64,000 nt of DNA. Source: an uncultured Candidatus Saccharibacteria bacterium (GTDB lineage: Bacteria; Patescibacteriota; Saccharimonadia; Saccharimonadales; UBA7683). Positions 50,620-59,035 of this stretch are shown here, one piece after another. The notes beneath the pieces are model-generated. The model saw only the letters and a list, made by a program, of their open reading frames with translations. It ran no database searches and had not been told where the DNA came from. A program made the translations under genes and the position numbers. The stretch is from positions 623,863-687,862 of the forward strand of contig CAZWBG010000001.1 in the NCBI GenBank assembly GCA_964632215.1. Direction: 5' to 3'. Position 1 is the first letter of the stretch, and every line of letters starts with the position of its first letter.

Positions 50620-53178
50620 CTAGAGATGTTCAAGCTGATGAGAGATGTGGTCTACTTGCTGCGAGGCCAGCTCTAGCTGTTGTCTAGTCTCAGCTACAAG
50701 CTCTTTGGGGGCGTTTTGAACGTAACTTTTACTAGCTAGTCGTGCCTCAAGAGTTGCCGTCTGCTGTTTGAGCCCATCTAATTTGGCCTGCAGGTTAGTT
50801 TTGTAGCGGGTAATCTGATCGTCGTTGAGGTCTAGCCACACCTGTTCGTGGGTGCTCGTGAGGCGCAGTCCCCCGCCGTCTTCAGCTCCCTCTACATAAC
50901 CGCAGCGGATCATGCGCCGAAGTAGTTCGGCATTCTCTAGAACCAGGGTGCTATTGGTGGTGGCTAGCGCCACGTCTTTATCCCCGATAGCGGCCAATAC
51001 TTCCCTGCTTTCAGTAATAATATTCTGTAGCTGCTCAAAGTGTAGTGCCTGTGTGGCGTCATAGTCTTCGCCAAGCTGCCATTTAGTCGTAATGAGCATA
51101 TCTTCGTCTTCTGGATGCCAATCAAGTGTTTGCCAAATCGTTTCAGTTACAAACGGTGCGAATGGGTGTGCCATGACGAGGCTAGCTTCGAGTACCCAGA
51201 GCATCGTATCGGCGCTGTAAGCAGTTTTTGAGGCTTCTATGTACCAATCGGCTACTTTGTCCCAAATCGCGTGGTAAACGACTTCTGAGGCCTCTGCAAA
51301 GCGATATTGTTCTATGAGTGTAGCAGTGGTTCTTTTAGCTTCAACTAATTCACGAATAATCCAGTGATCGGCTGGAGTTTGTGGTTTTGGCTCACCTGCC
51401 TCGGTGATCTGATCACCCAAGACATTTTCGATGTAGCGGGCAATGTTCCAGAGTTTGTTGCAGAAGTTTCGGCCGGCAACAACTTTGTCAGTACTAAACG
51501 CTTGGTTTTGGCCTGCCGAACGAGCACTAATAAGCCCCATTCGGGCTGCGTCAGAGCCGTATTCGTCGACAATTTCTTGCGGACTTACAACATTACCCTT
51601 ACTTTTGCTCATTTTTTGACCCTTTGGATCGAGTACCAGGCCATTTAAATAGACATCTTTAAATGGTACCTGATCTGTTACGTACAGTCCAAGCATGATC
51701 ATGCGTGAAACCCATTGGTATAAGATATCAGCTCCAGTTTCCATCACTGAAAGTGGGAAATACTCTTCCAATCCACCATCTTTTGCAAACAAAGTTGTAA
51801 TGAATGGCCACTGCCCACTCGAGAACCAGGTATCGAAAGTATCGGCATCTCGTTGGTAGGTTTTGCCATCTTTTTTGATCGTTTCTTCCGTAACTTGGGT
51901 ATCAAAGATCCAATCAGATGGATCCTCGGTGTTTTGGAAGGCAGGAATTGGGATGCCCCAGGGAATTTGCCGTGATATGTTCCAGTCTTTGAGTTGCTCC
52001 AGATACTGCACGAGTACTCGCCCTTTGTTTTCTGGTACAAAGTTGATTTCTTGTTTATTGATGACTCGAATCGCCCGCTCAGCGAGTGGTTTCACCTTCA
52101 TAAACCACTGGTCTTTCAAGAGCGGCTGTATGACTGTCCCACACTTATAGCAGTGGCCTACGCTATGACTATAGGGTTCCTCGCTTGCTAGGTAGCCTTT
52201 TTTTGCCAACTCCTCTACTGCCTTTGCGCGGGCTTCATCTACGCCAAGGCCTTGATACTCTTCAGGAGTGGCTCGGTTCATTTTACCGTCGAAGCCAATA
52301 ACGGTTACTCGTGGTAAATTGTGACGCTCTCCTGTTTCAAAATCGTTTGGATCGTGTGCTGGAGTGATTTTAACGGCACCAGTGCCAAATTCCATATCTA
52401 CCATTTCATCAGCAATAATCGGGATAGACTTATCGGTAAGTGGTAATAAAACTTCTTGCCCCACGAGGTTTTTATACCGCGTGTCTTTCGGGTTAACGGC
52501 TACAGCTACGTCGCCAAATAGAGTTTCTGGACGTGTTGTGGCTACGATAAGCTCGCCGTCTCCATTTGTCAGCGGATAGCGGATGTTCCAAAGATAGGAC
52601 TTTTCGTCTTCATACTTAACCTCTATATCTGCAAAGCCTGTTTCATGCTTCGTACAGTAGTTAACTATACGTTCACCTCTGTAAATAAGTTCTTCGTTCC
52701 ACATCTTTTCAAACGTTCGGTAAGTTACTGCTACAACGTTCGGGTCAAGCGTAAAGGTCTGTCGACTCCAGTCACAGCTCGCGCCCAGGGCACGGATTTG
52801 TTTTTCCATATTGCCACGGTGCTTGGCTACGAAATCCCAGGTTTGTTGGTAAAGCTCTTCTCTGGTGAAGTCGAATCTGCTCTTCCCTTCTTTCTCAAGC
52901 TTTTTTTCATACACAATCCAGGTTTCAAACCCGGCATGGTCAGCACCCGGAATCCAAAGTGCGCGCTTACCTTGCATACGGTGATAACGGATTAAAATAT
53001 CCTCTAAAAACATGATGAGTGAATGTCCAACATGCAGGTCTCCGTTGGCGTTCGGTGGTGGCATAACAATACTGTAAGGCTCCCCTTCTCCTTGGGGCTG
53101 GAAGCTACCACTGGCTTCCCAGAGGGCGTAGATATCGGTTTCGTATAGTTTTGGTTCGTAAGTTTTTGGTAAATTCAT
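50620..53178 (-). CDS. valS: valine--tRNA ligase
   Basis: 852 aa. HIGH-type motif PPPNANGDLHVGH, the KMSKSKGN motif, and a C-terminal coiled coil. Confidence 0.97.
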   Translation of the reverse strand: MNLPKTYEPKLYETDIYALWEASGSFQPQGEGEPYSIVMPPPNANGDLHVGHSLIMFLEDILIRYHRMQGKRALWIPGADHAGFETWIVYEKKLEKEGKSRFDFTREELYQQTWDFVAKHRGNMEKQIRALGASCDWSRQTFTLDPNVVAVTYRTFEKMWNEELIYRGERIVNYCTKHETGFADIEVKYEDEKSYLWNIRYPLTNGDGELIVATTRPETLFGDVAVAVNPKDTRYKNLVGQEVLLPLTDKSIPIIADEMVDMEFGTGAVKITPAHDPNDFETGERHNLPRVTVIGFDGKMNRATPEEYQGLGVDEARAKAVEELAKKGYLASEEPYSHSVGHCYKCGTVIQPLLKDQWFMKVKPLAERAIRVINKQEINFVPENKGRVLVQYLEQLKDWNISRQIPWGIPIPAFQNTEDPSDWIFDTQVTEETIKKDGKTYQRDADTFDTWFSSGQWPFITTLFAKDGGLEEYFPLSVMETGADILYQWVSRMIMLGLYVTDQVPFKDVYLNGLVLDPKGQKMSKSKGNVVSPQEIVDEYGSDAARMGLISARSAGQNQAFSTDKVVAGRNFCNKLWNIARYIENVLGDQITEAGEPKPQTPADHWIIRELVEAKRTTATLIEQYRFAEASEVVYHAIWDKVADWYIEASKTAYSADTMLWVLEASLVMAHPFAPFVTETIWQTLDWHPEDEDMLITTKWQLGEDYDATQALHFEQLQNIITESREVLAAIGDKDVALATTNSTLVLENAELLRRMIRCGYVEGAEDGGGLRLTSTHEQVWLDLNDDQITRYKTNLQAKLDGLKQQTATLEARLASKSYVQNAPKELVAETRQQLELASQQVDHISHQLEHL

Positions 53179-53192
53179 CTTATTGCGGATCC

Positions 53193-53300
53193 TTCCTCAA
53201 AAAGTTTATATATAGTTAATTATTGCAGCATCTACTTGCATTCATGTGAAACTTGGGTTGTAAATACTATAGGCACCGTGGCACGATACTTTTTGAGGAA
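53193..53300 (-). promoter_or_regulatory. valS leader: 13-bp long-range inverted repeat overlapping the Shine-Dalgarno region
   Basis: 53193..53205 (TTCCTCAAAAAGT) is the exact reverse complement of 53288..53300 (ACTTTTTGAGGAA). In the mRNA the 3' arm ACUUUUUGAGGAA runs into GAGGAAGGA just upstream of the AUG. Confidence 0.3.
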
Positions 53301-53381
53301 CCTAGATGTAGACAATAGCTATTTGTACACATATCAGATCAATTGTAGCAACTAATGACCCCTAGAACAACTGGCTACGCT

Positions 53382-54440
53382 CTAGAGAGGCCAGCTTGGT
53401 TTAACTTCAAGATCCAAGGGGTTAATGGGCTCCACAGAAAGAGACTGATAGTAAGCTCGGGCGCCGATCATAGCAGCGTTGTCGGTACAGAGAAGGGGAG
53501 GGGCATAGTTAATCTCCAGAGGTAATTGTTTGGTGAGTGCCTCGCGTAGGGGTAATGAGGCCGCCACACCACCACCAATAACTACTGTTTTTGGCTGAAA
53601 TTCTTGGTAAGCGGCTTTAGTTTTTGTAACAAGATATTCAACGGCGGTAGCCTGAAAGCTAGCGGCAAAGTCGGCTTTCTGCTGCTCCGAAAGCAGTGCT
53701 GCAAGCTCAAATGAAGGGAAATCATAGGCAACATTACATTCTTTTTGAACCGCTCTGAGCACAGCAGTTTTAAGACCAGAAAAGCTAAAACCGTAGGGGT
53801 CAGAGACCTTTGGAGTTGGGAGTTGATACCTTCTTGGGTCACCGTTTTTGGCTGCATCGGCTACGCTCGGACCACCAGGATAGGGGAGTCCAAGTACTTT
53901 GGCAACCTTATCAAAGGCTTCGCCCACGGCGTCATCTTGAGTACGGCCAATTACGCGCCAATTGGTATGACTTGTGGCGTACATCAACTGGGTATGCCCA
54001 CCACTCACAACGAGAGCTAACACAGGAAATATCGGTTGATTAACAGGATAGGGGATTGGTAGAGGTGTTCCTTCGGTAATCCAGTTGGCGTAGACGTGTC
54101 CCAAGATGTGGTGAACTGGATAGAGCGGTTTTTGTAGGCTCCAGGCAAGTGTTCGTGCTGTTAGCACACCAATGAGGAGTGAGCCGAGCAGGCCTGGGCC
54201 TTGGGTGACTGCGATGGCATCAATATCTTCCCAGGTGTTCTGTGCCTCGTCGAGTGCCTGTTGCACAACGGGTAGCATGACCTCAATGTGGCTACGGGCA
54301 GCAATCTCTGGTACTACGCCACCAAAAGCCTTATGGATGTCAATCTGGCTGTTTATGACCAAAGAGAGTAACTTGGAGCCGTCTTTAACCACGGCAGCAG
54401 AGGTTTCGTCGCAACTAGTTTCGATAGAAAGTATCTTCAT
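53382..54440 (-). CDS. tsaD: tRNA N6-adenosine threonylcarbamoyltransferase
   Basis: Trimmed to ATG 54440 (MKILSIETSCDETSAAVV). Also HIEVM, VSGGHTQL and GGVAAS motifs of the Kae1/TsaD family. Confidence 0.9.
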   Translation of the reverse strand: MKILSIETSCDETSAAVVKDGSKLLSLVINSQIDIHKAFGGVVPEIAARSHIEVMLPVVQQALDEAQNTWEDIDAIAVTQGPGLLGSLLIGVLTARTLAWSLQKPLYPVHHILGHVYANWITEGTPLPIPYPVNQPIFPVLALVVSGGHTQLMYATSHTNWRVIGRTQDDAVGEAFDKVAKVLGLPYPGGPSVADAAKNGDPRRYQLPTPKVSDPYGFSFSGLKTAVLRAVQKECNVAYDFPSFELAALLSEQQKADFAASFQATAVEYLVTKTKAAYQEFQPKTVVIGGGVAASLPLREALTKQLPLEINYAPPLLCTDNAAMIGARAYYQSLSVEPINPLDLEVKPSWPL

Positions 54441-54487
54441 GTACTCGATCAGTATACAAAACTTTGCCTGAGGTGTAAGCTCTAGCC

Positions 54488-55030
54488 ATGAGTTACGAAG
54501 TTGCACAGGATACCTCTCCATCAGCTGAGCTCGTCAATCACCTGAACGAATTTTATGATGATTACGTAGTGGGTGCATCGAGTGAGGTAACATTTGAGCA
54601 CCCGGAACTGGACTACTGGCTACGTGTAAAATATAAGGCCTTTTCTGTCGCCGAACTCACTTTAGTAGAGCCCATTATGCAACCCGAGGAGGGCCCGAAA
54701 CTTCAGTGGTATAAAGTGGGTTTTGGTAAAAACTTTCATGCCTCAGTTCTACACCATGTCGAACAGATTATAGATGATGACTACATTCATGGAATCAATG
54801 AGGTTGAACTCGCTCCAAGCCTCGTATCAAATACTAAAGAGTTGGCGCAAGAGGAGTTCATGCAAACCCAAGTTATTGAATGTGTAACTCTGCATATAGG
54901 CGATCGTTTTTTGGCAGTTTGCCAAAAGCTTGGGGCGATGGCTAGCTCTTGTATGGTATGGCTCGGACATCACGGCTACTTGGCGCATCATATTCCAAAA
55001 ACACAGAAGTCTGATGATACCGAGAGCTGA
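54488..55030 (+). CDS. hypothetical protein
   Basis: 180-aa acidic ORF with no recognisable motif. Confidence 0.45.
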   Translation: MSYEVAQDTSPSAELVNHLNEFYDDYVVGASSEVTFEHPELDYWLRVKYKAFSVAELTLVEPIMQPEEGPKLQWYKVGFGKNFHASVLHHVEQIIDDDYIHGINEVELAPSLVSNTKELAQEEFMQTQVIECVTLHIGDRFLAVCQKLGAMASSCMVWLGHHGYLAHHIPKTQKSDDTES

Positions 55031-55096
55031 ATACGAGAAATGTTAAATTTACATAAATCCCTCTCATATTAAAGAGAAAAACTGTACTATAGAAGG

Positions 55097-56377
55097 GTGA
55101 GTAATAAAGCTAAAAATCTAGTTCGTAAAGTGATGGGCGGAAAAGTTCTCCGTTATATTGAAGATGAATATCGCCTGGCCCGAGCCAGTTATGTAAATGC
55201 TCGTTTTAATTGGCCAGCCAAAGGTATGCGAGTAATTATGATTACTGGTACCAATGGCAAGACGACCACCGCGCACTACGTGTTTTCTATTTTACGGGCT
55301 GCGGGCTATTCCGTCGGACTCAGTTCTACGGCTGAATTTAGGATAGACGACCAAGTAGAGGTGAACGATACCAATATGACAGTTGTCGATCCAGTTATTT
55401 TAAGACGTCAACTCGCCACGTTTAAGCAACACGGTGTAGATTTTGTAGTTTTAGAGGCTACCAGCCTAGCGCTTGACCAGCATCGTCTCTGGGGTATTCC
55501 GTGTGAGGTGGCTATTATGACGAACCTCACGCAAGATCATCTTGACTACCATAAAACGATGGAAAACTATGCCCAAGCTAAGAGTAAGCTTTGGCTACTT
55601 GAGCCGAAGCTTTCGGTACTCAACGCTGATGATGCTTGGTTTGACTACTTTCAGCAAAAAGCTACCGGTAAAGTTATGACTTATGGGGAAAAAGTAGGTG
55701 ATATACGCCTGAGAGATTACCGTATAGAACAGGGTGAGGCCAAGTTTACTATTAAGCATAAAGGGGAAAAGCTACTTCTTAAGACCCAGTTGAGCGGCAA
55801 ATACAATGCCTATAACGCTACAGCAGCCGCTACAGCAGCCTTTGGACTTGGTATCAGCTCAGAACACATAGAAGAGGGAATAGAAGCTCTGGAGGGTGTA
55901 ACGGGGCGCTTACAGCGTGTTGCTGTTGCAGCTCCCTACGACGTAGTCGTAGATTACGCGCATACACCTGATGGCCTCGAGAAGGTGTTGATTGCGGCTA
56001 AAGAGCTCAGTAAGGGCGATGTCTGGCTAGTTTTTGGTTCTTGTGGTGACCGAGATAAAATTAAACGGCCAATTATGGGTGAAATTGCCGCTAAACGAGC
56101 AAACAAGTTAGTAGTTACAGATGAAGAATCGTATTCTGAGGATCCTTTGGTTATTCAAACGGCGATCATCGAGGGTGTTGAGAAAGTTAAAGGTGGCACA
56201 AAGAAGCTTACCCACATTCCTGATAGAAAAAAGGCCATTACATACACACTTGAGCATGCTAAAAAGGGTGACCTAGTCTTAATCACGGGTCTAGGCCACG
56301 AGCAGTTTCGTGTTAAAGGTGGCACAAAGACCCGTTGGAACGATGCCGACATAGTACAGCAGATACTTGCAAAATAA
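55097..56377 (+). CDS. Mur ligase family protein (MurE-like, short N-terminus)
   Basis: 426 aa, GTG start. P-loop ITGTNGKTTT, and NLTQDHLDYH. C-terminal GSCGDRDKIKRPIMGEIAAKRANKLVVTDEESYSEDP resembles MurE. Only about 45 aa precede the P-loop. Confidence 0.7.
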   Translation: MSNKAKNLVRKVMGGKVLRYIEDEYRLARASYVNARFNWPAKGMRVIMITGTNGKTTTAHYVFSILRAAGYSVGLSSTAEFRIDDQVEVNDTNMTVVDPVILRRQLATFKQHGVDFVVLEATSLALDQHRLWGIPCEVAIMTNLTQDHLDYHKTMENYAQAKSKLWLLEPKLSVLNADDAWFDYFQQKATGKVMTYGEKVGDIRLRDYRIEQGEAKFTIKHKGEKLLLKTQLSGKYNAYNATAAATAAFGLGISSEHIEEGIEALEGVTGRLQRVAVAAPYDVVVDYAHTPDGLEKVLIAAKELSKGDVWLVFGSCGDRDKIKRPIMGEIAAKRANKLVVTDEESYSEDPLVIQTAIIEGVEKVKGGTKKLTHIPDRKKAITYTLEHAKKGDLVLITGLGHEQFRVKGGTKTRWNDADIVQQILAK

Positions 56378-56401
56378 GCATAATCATGATACAATGAAAG
56401 T

Positions 56402-57397
56402 ATGAGCGAATCTCTTCACCAACCAAGACTTTTCCCTACAGAAGAAACCGAGCAGCGGGTTCAGTATGAACTACTACGCGAACACACCCGTACTGACGGC
56501 AGCCTCAAGACGACTGAGCAGTTACGGGCGGAGTATGTACATCTTACCGACGAGATAGTGCGACAACTGACAGATGGTATTCGAGTGGAGGATCCAGTAT
56601 CTGGTGAGTACATTTACGAGAAGCCAGATTACGTTGTTTGGCTGGATAAGTCAGCTCGCCCTGTGGCGTGGCTAACTAGAGACCTTTGGCCCCTATTAGC
56701 CCAAGACGAGAATGGTAAAGTACCTAAAATACCCGAGTCACGGTTTGTAAATATTGACCGTGAGCAATGGGTGAACACTGTTGATCCTAACGGCACGGGT
56801 ATGGTAGATATAGACCGAGTAGATGAATCTGTTATCAGAAGTCTTCGTTCTATTTTTGTAGTTCCAGAATATAAAAAAGAGGGACTTACCGAAGCCATTG
56901 ACCAGGCACCAGCAGAGCTGGACGGCAAGACGATACTTATTATTGATGAAGTAAAGGCGTCCGGTAAAACATTGGATATTGCCCATAAGTTCTTCCAACG
57001 AGCATTTCCGACGGCTAGAATTGGTACCACACACTGGATGCGTGGCATGGCACAGATTGGAACGGCTCAAGGTAATGCTGACCTACCGGTTTGGTACAGG
57101 AGTGATATAGAAGAAGGTAGAGGGGTTGGAAACCGTGATCAAAACAGATCACAGCGTTCGAAGAGTACGACTCAGCGACTTGGCGGTTGGTTTTTGAGTA
57201 CCGCACTAGAGAGTAGGGATTCGCTTTCTGCTCAACTGCGCAGTGAACTTCATCAGCTTGCCCAAGGCGCTCGTAGTGGCGAGGTACTTGTAGTGCCCTC
57301 TCACCAGCGTGATGACTTTATTGAGCGCGCAGAACGGCTTAACGGCATGACTCTCGACGAATTTAAGTCGGCGAAGCAAAAAATCGGCGAAATATAA
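56402..57397 (+). CDS. phosphoribosyltransferase-fold protein, atypical
   Basis: 331 aa. VVWLDKSARPVAWL and the PRPP-loop-like KTILIIDEVKASGKTL, with long insertions and a C-terminal helical region. Confidence 0.5.
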   Translation: MSESLHQPRLFPTEETEQRVQYELLREHTRTDGSLKTTEQLRAEYVHLTDEIVRQLTDGIRVEDPVSGEYIYEKPDYVVWLDKSARPVAWLTRDLWPLLAQDENGKVPKIPESRFVNIDREQWVNTVDPNGTGMVDIDRVDESVIRSLRSIFVVPEYKKEGLTEAIDQAPAELDGKTILIIDEVKASGKTLDIAHKFFQRAFPTARIGTTHWMRGMAQIGTAQGNADLPVWYRSDIEEGRGVGNRDQNRSQRSKSTTQRLGGWFLSTALESRDSLSAQLRSELHQLAQGARSGEVLVVPSHQRDDFIERAERLNGMTLDEFKSAKQKIGEI

Positions 57398-57426
57398 CAA
57401 AAAACCATGACTACCAACCATTGAAA

Positions 57427-57446
57427 AGAGCCCCGTTTGGGGCTCT
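57427..57446. terminator. GC-rich hairpin between convergent genes (possible terminator)
   Basis: AGAGCCCC-GTTT-GGGGCTCT 8-bp stem. A short T-run is present only on the minus-strand reading (CTTTTC). Confidence 0.4.
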
Positions 57447-57559
57447 GCATATGGCGCGTGGTGCAAATTGTACGATAGTTAAAACCATCATGTTATGCAC
57501 TCTGGCTGCCCTGGTTTGGGGATGTCGACGTCGTTGTCGACAGAGCCCCAACCAGTTCC

Positions 57560-58033
57560 TCAGGTTTCGGAGTCCATCGTGGCAAAACTTGCCCTGGCGC
57601 TGTCACAGCACCCGTTGTACTCCTCTGCTGCGGCCTTCTCTGCGAAGATCCGCTTCTCTTCTTTCCTCTGCCCGATCTGCTGGTACTCAGCCTCAACCTC
57701 TCGGTTGTTGACGTTGACCCGCAGCCAAGCCTGAAGCTTGGCAATATCAGCCTTCAGCGTGTTCAATCGTGCCGACGCACTGGCTATCAGGACCAGCCGA
57801 CCGCCGCCCATTACGCTGGCAACCACCTGATACTCCTGAGTAAACCCGATATCGGCCTTGTGAGCCTCCACGATATCGGCCAGTGCTTCATCACGGTTTC
57901 CTGTGCTGAGTTGGGCTACGCGCCCGAACTCGTCACGGTAGTAGTTGGGCTCGCACCCAGCTGCCATTGTCGCGTTCTGTTCGAACAGAGACAAAGTGTT
58001 CCTCCCAAAAAGAGCATCCGACGGTACTTCCAT
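57560..58033 (-). CDS. hypothetical protein in a GC-rich segment
   Basis: 157-aa ORF, with an alternative start at M23 (57967). No motif recognised. Several overlapping ORFs exist in other frames because the GC-rich sequence has few stop codons. Confidence 0.4.
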   Translation of the reverse strand: MEVPSDALFGRNTLSLFEQNATMAAGCEPNYYRDEFGRVAQLSTGNRDEALADIVEAHKADIGFTQEYQVVASVMGGGRLVLIASASARLNTLKADIAKLQAWLRVNVNNREVEAEYQQIGQRKEEKRIFAEKAAAEEYNGCCDSARASFATMDSET

Positions 58034-58095
58034 ACGGATATTTCTATTATCTCATCTTGACGAATTATGTCAATACCATTATAATGGTGAACATC

Positions 58096-58563
58096 ATGTT
58101 AGAGAGATTCAAGACAAGAGTGGCAGATAAAGACCCAGGTAATTTGGAGGCTATTGATGTTGATTTGCGAGAGAAGCTTGATCAAGTAAGCGAGGATCGT
58201 TTCGCGGAAGCATCTGACGCAGACTTGATTGCATCATCACTGGTGTTTGGGCAGCCAGTAGAAACCATCACGATAATGGGTGGTGCAACAGAATTTGTGA
58301 AAGTGCACAGACCCCACCTTGATGCGCAAGTAGCAGGATATGTACCATTGCAGTGGATTGAATTTACAACTGACCTTTCAGAGTTGGGTTGTTTTATCGA
58401 GGTACGAGGTGGGAGTGAACGGCTGATAGGTACTGAGGCCACGAACGGGGGAAATATACCGTTTGATTTACCTCTTGATAATACACGGGTCATGGTGGCA
58501 AAGGCCCTGAATACGCTTGAGGGCGGTATCTTGCTACCATCAGTTAGTCAGCAGATTACATAG
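58096..58563 (+). CDS. hypothetical protein
   Basis: ORF 57967..58563 trimmed to ATG 58096 (MLERFKTRV...; alternative ATG at 58084) to avoid overlap with the divergent gene. No motif recognised. Confidence 0.45.
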   Translation: MLERFKTRVADKDPGNLEAIDVDLREKLDQVSEDRFAEASDADLIASSLVFGQPVETITIMGGATEFVKVHRPHLDAQVAGYVPLQWIEFTTDLSELGCFIEVRGGSERLIGTEATNGGNIPFDLPLDNTRVMVAKALNTLEGGILLPSVSQQIT

Positions 58564-58583
58564 AACCTACATTTAGTTATAGG

Positions 58584-58610
58584 TTAGCACTTGGCACTTG
58601 CGAGTGCTAA
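58584..58610 (+). promoter_or_regulatory. CIRCE operator (HrcA binding site) upstream of groES
   Basis: TTAGCACTT-N9-GAGTGCTAA, one mismatch from the consensus TTAGCACTC-N9-GAGTGCTAA. Ends 64 nt upstream of the groES ATG. Confidence 0.8.
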
Positions 58611-58674
58611 TTTTTTGCGCTACTATTAAAAAGCACATTTGTTAAAACAGAGTAATGATTTAGAGGAGGAAGCA

Positions 58675-58941
58675 ATGGCTCAAAAGCTTAAACCACTTGG
58701 TGATAGAATTGTCGCTCAAGTAGAAGCAGCACAAGGTAAAACCGCAAGCGGCTTGTATCTGCCTGATAATGCTAAGGAGAAGTCCAAGGTTGCCAAAGTT
58801 CTATCTGTTGGGCCCGATGTAACGGGTATTAAAGTAGGTGACCGAGCAATTTTTAAAGAGTACAGTACAACCGAAGTAAAGGTTGATGGTACTGAATATA
58901 TTTTAGTTAAAGAAGAAGACGTACTAGCTACGCTCGCGTAG
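58675..58941 (+). CDS. groES: co-chaperonin GroES
   Basis: Trimmed to ATG 58675 after GGAGGA. MAQKLKPLGDRIVAQVEAAQGKTASGLYLPDNAKEK is the canonical GroES N-terminus. Confidence 0.95.
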   Translation: MAQKLKPLGDRIVAQVEAAQGKTASGLYLPDNAKEKSKVAKVLSVGPDVTGIKVGDRAIFKEYSTTEVKVDGTEYILVKEEDVLATLA

Positions 58942-59035
58942 CAGATTAGTTCTCGTTCACGGTTCACCATTCACCAAGGAGGACTGCGAGCAAAAGTAAG
59001 AGTTAACAGTAAATTGTAAACGGAGAATGGAAATT

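Noticed and set aside
53179-53381. T-box riboswitch upstream of valS
   Set aside because: I looked for the conserved T-box sequence (AANNNGGGTGGNACCGCG-like), a specifier loop with a GUN valine codon and AG-bulge/GNUGGA features on the minus-strand transcript. I found none, so I report only the long-range helix.
57421-57744. Overlapping ORFs 57421..57711, 57495..57734 (+) and 57493..57744 (-)
   Set aside because: They are a stop-codon-poor artefact of the GC-rich patch. The Arg/Ser/Pro-rich translations overlap the longer 57560..58033 ORF and the intergenic hairpin.
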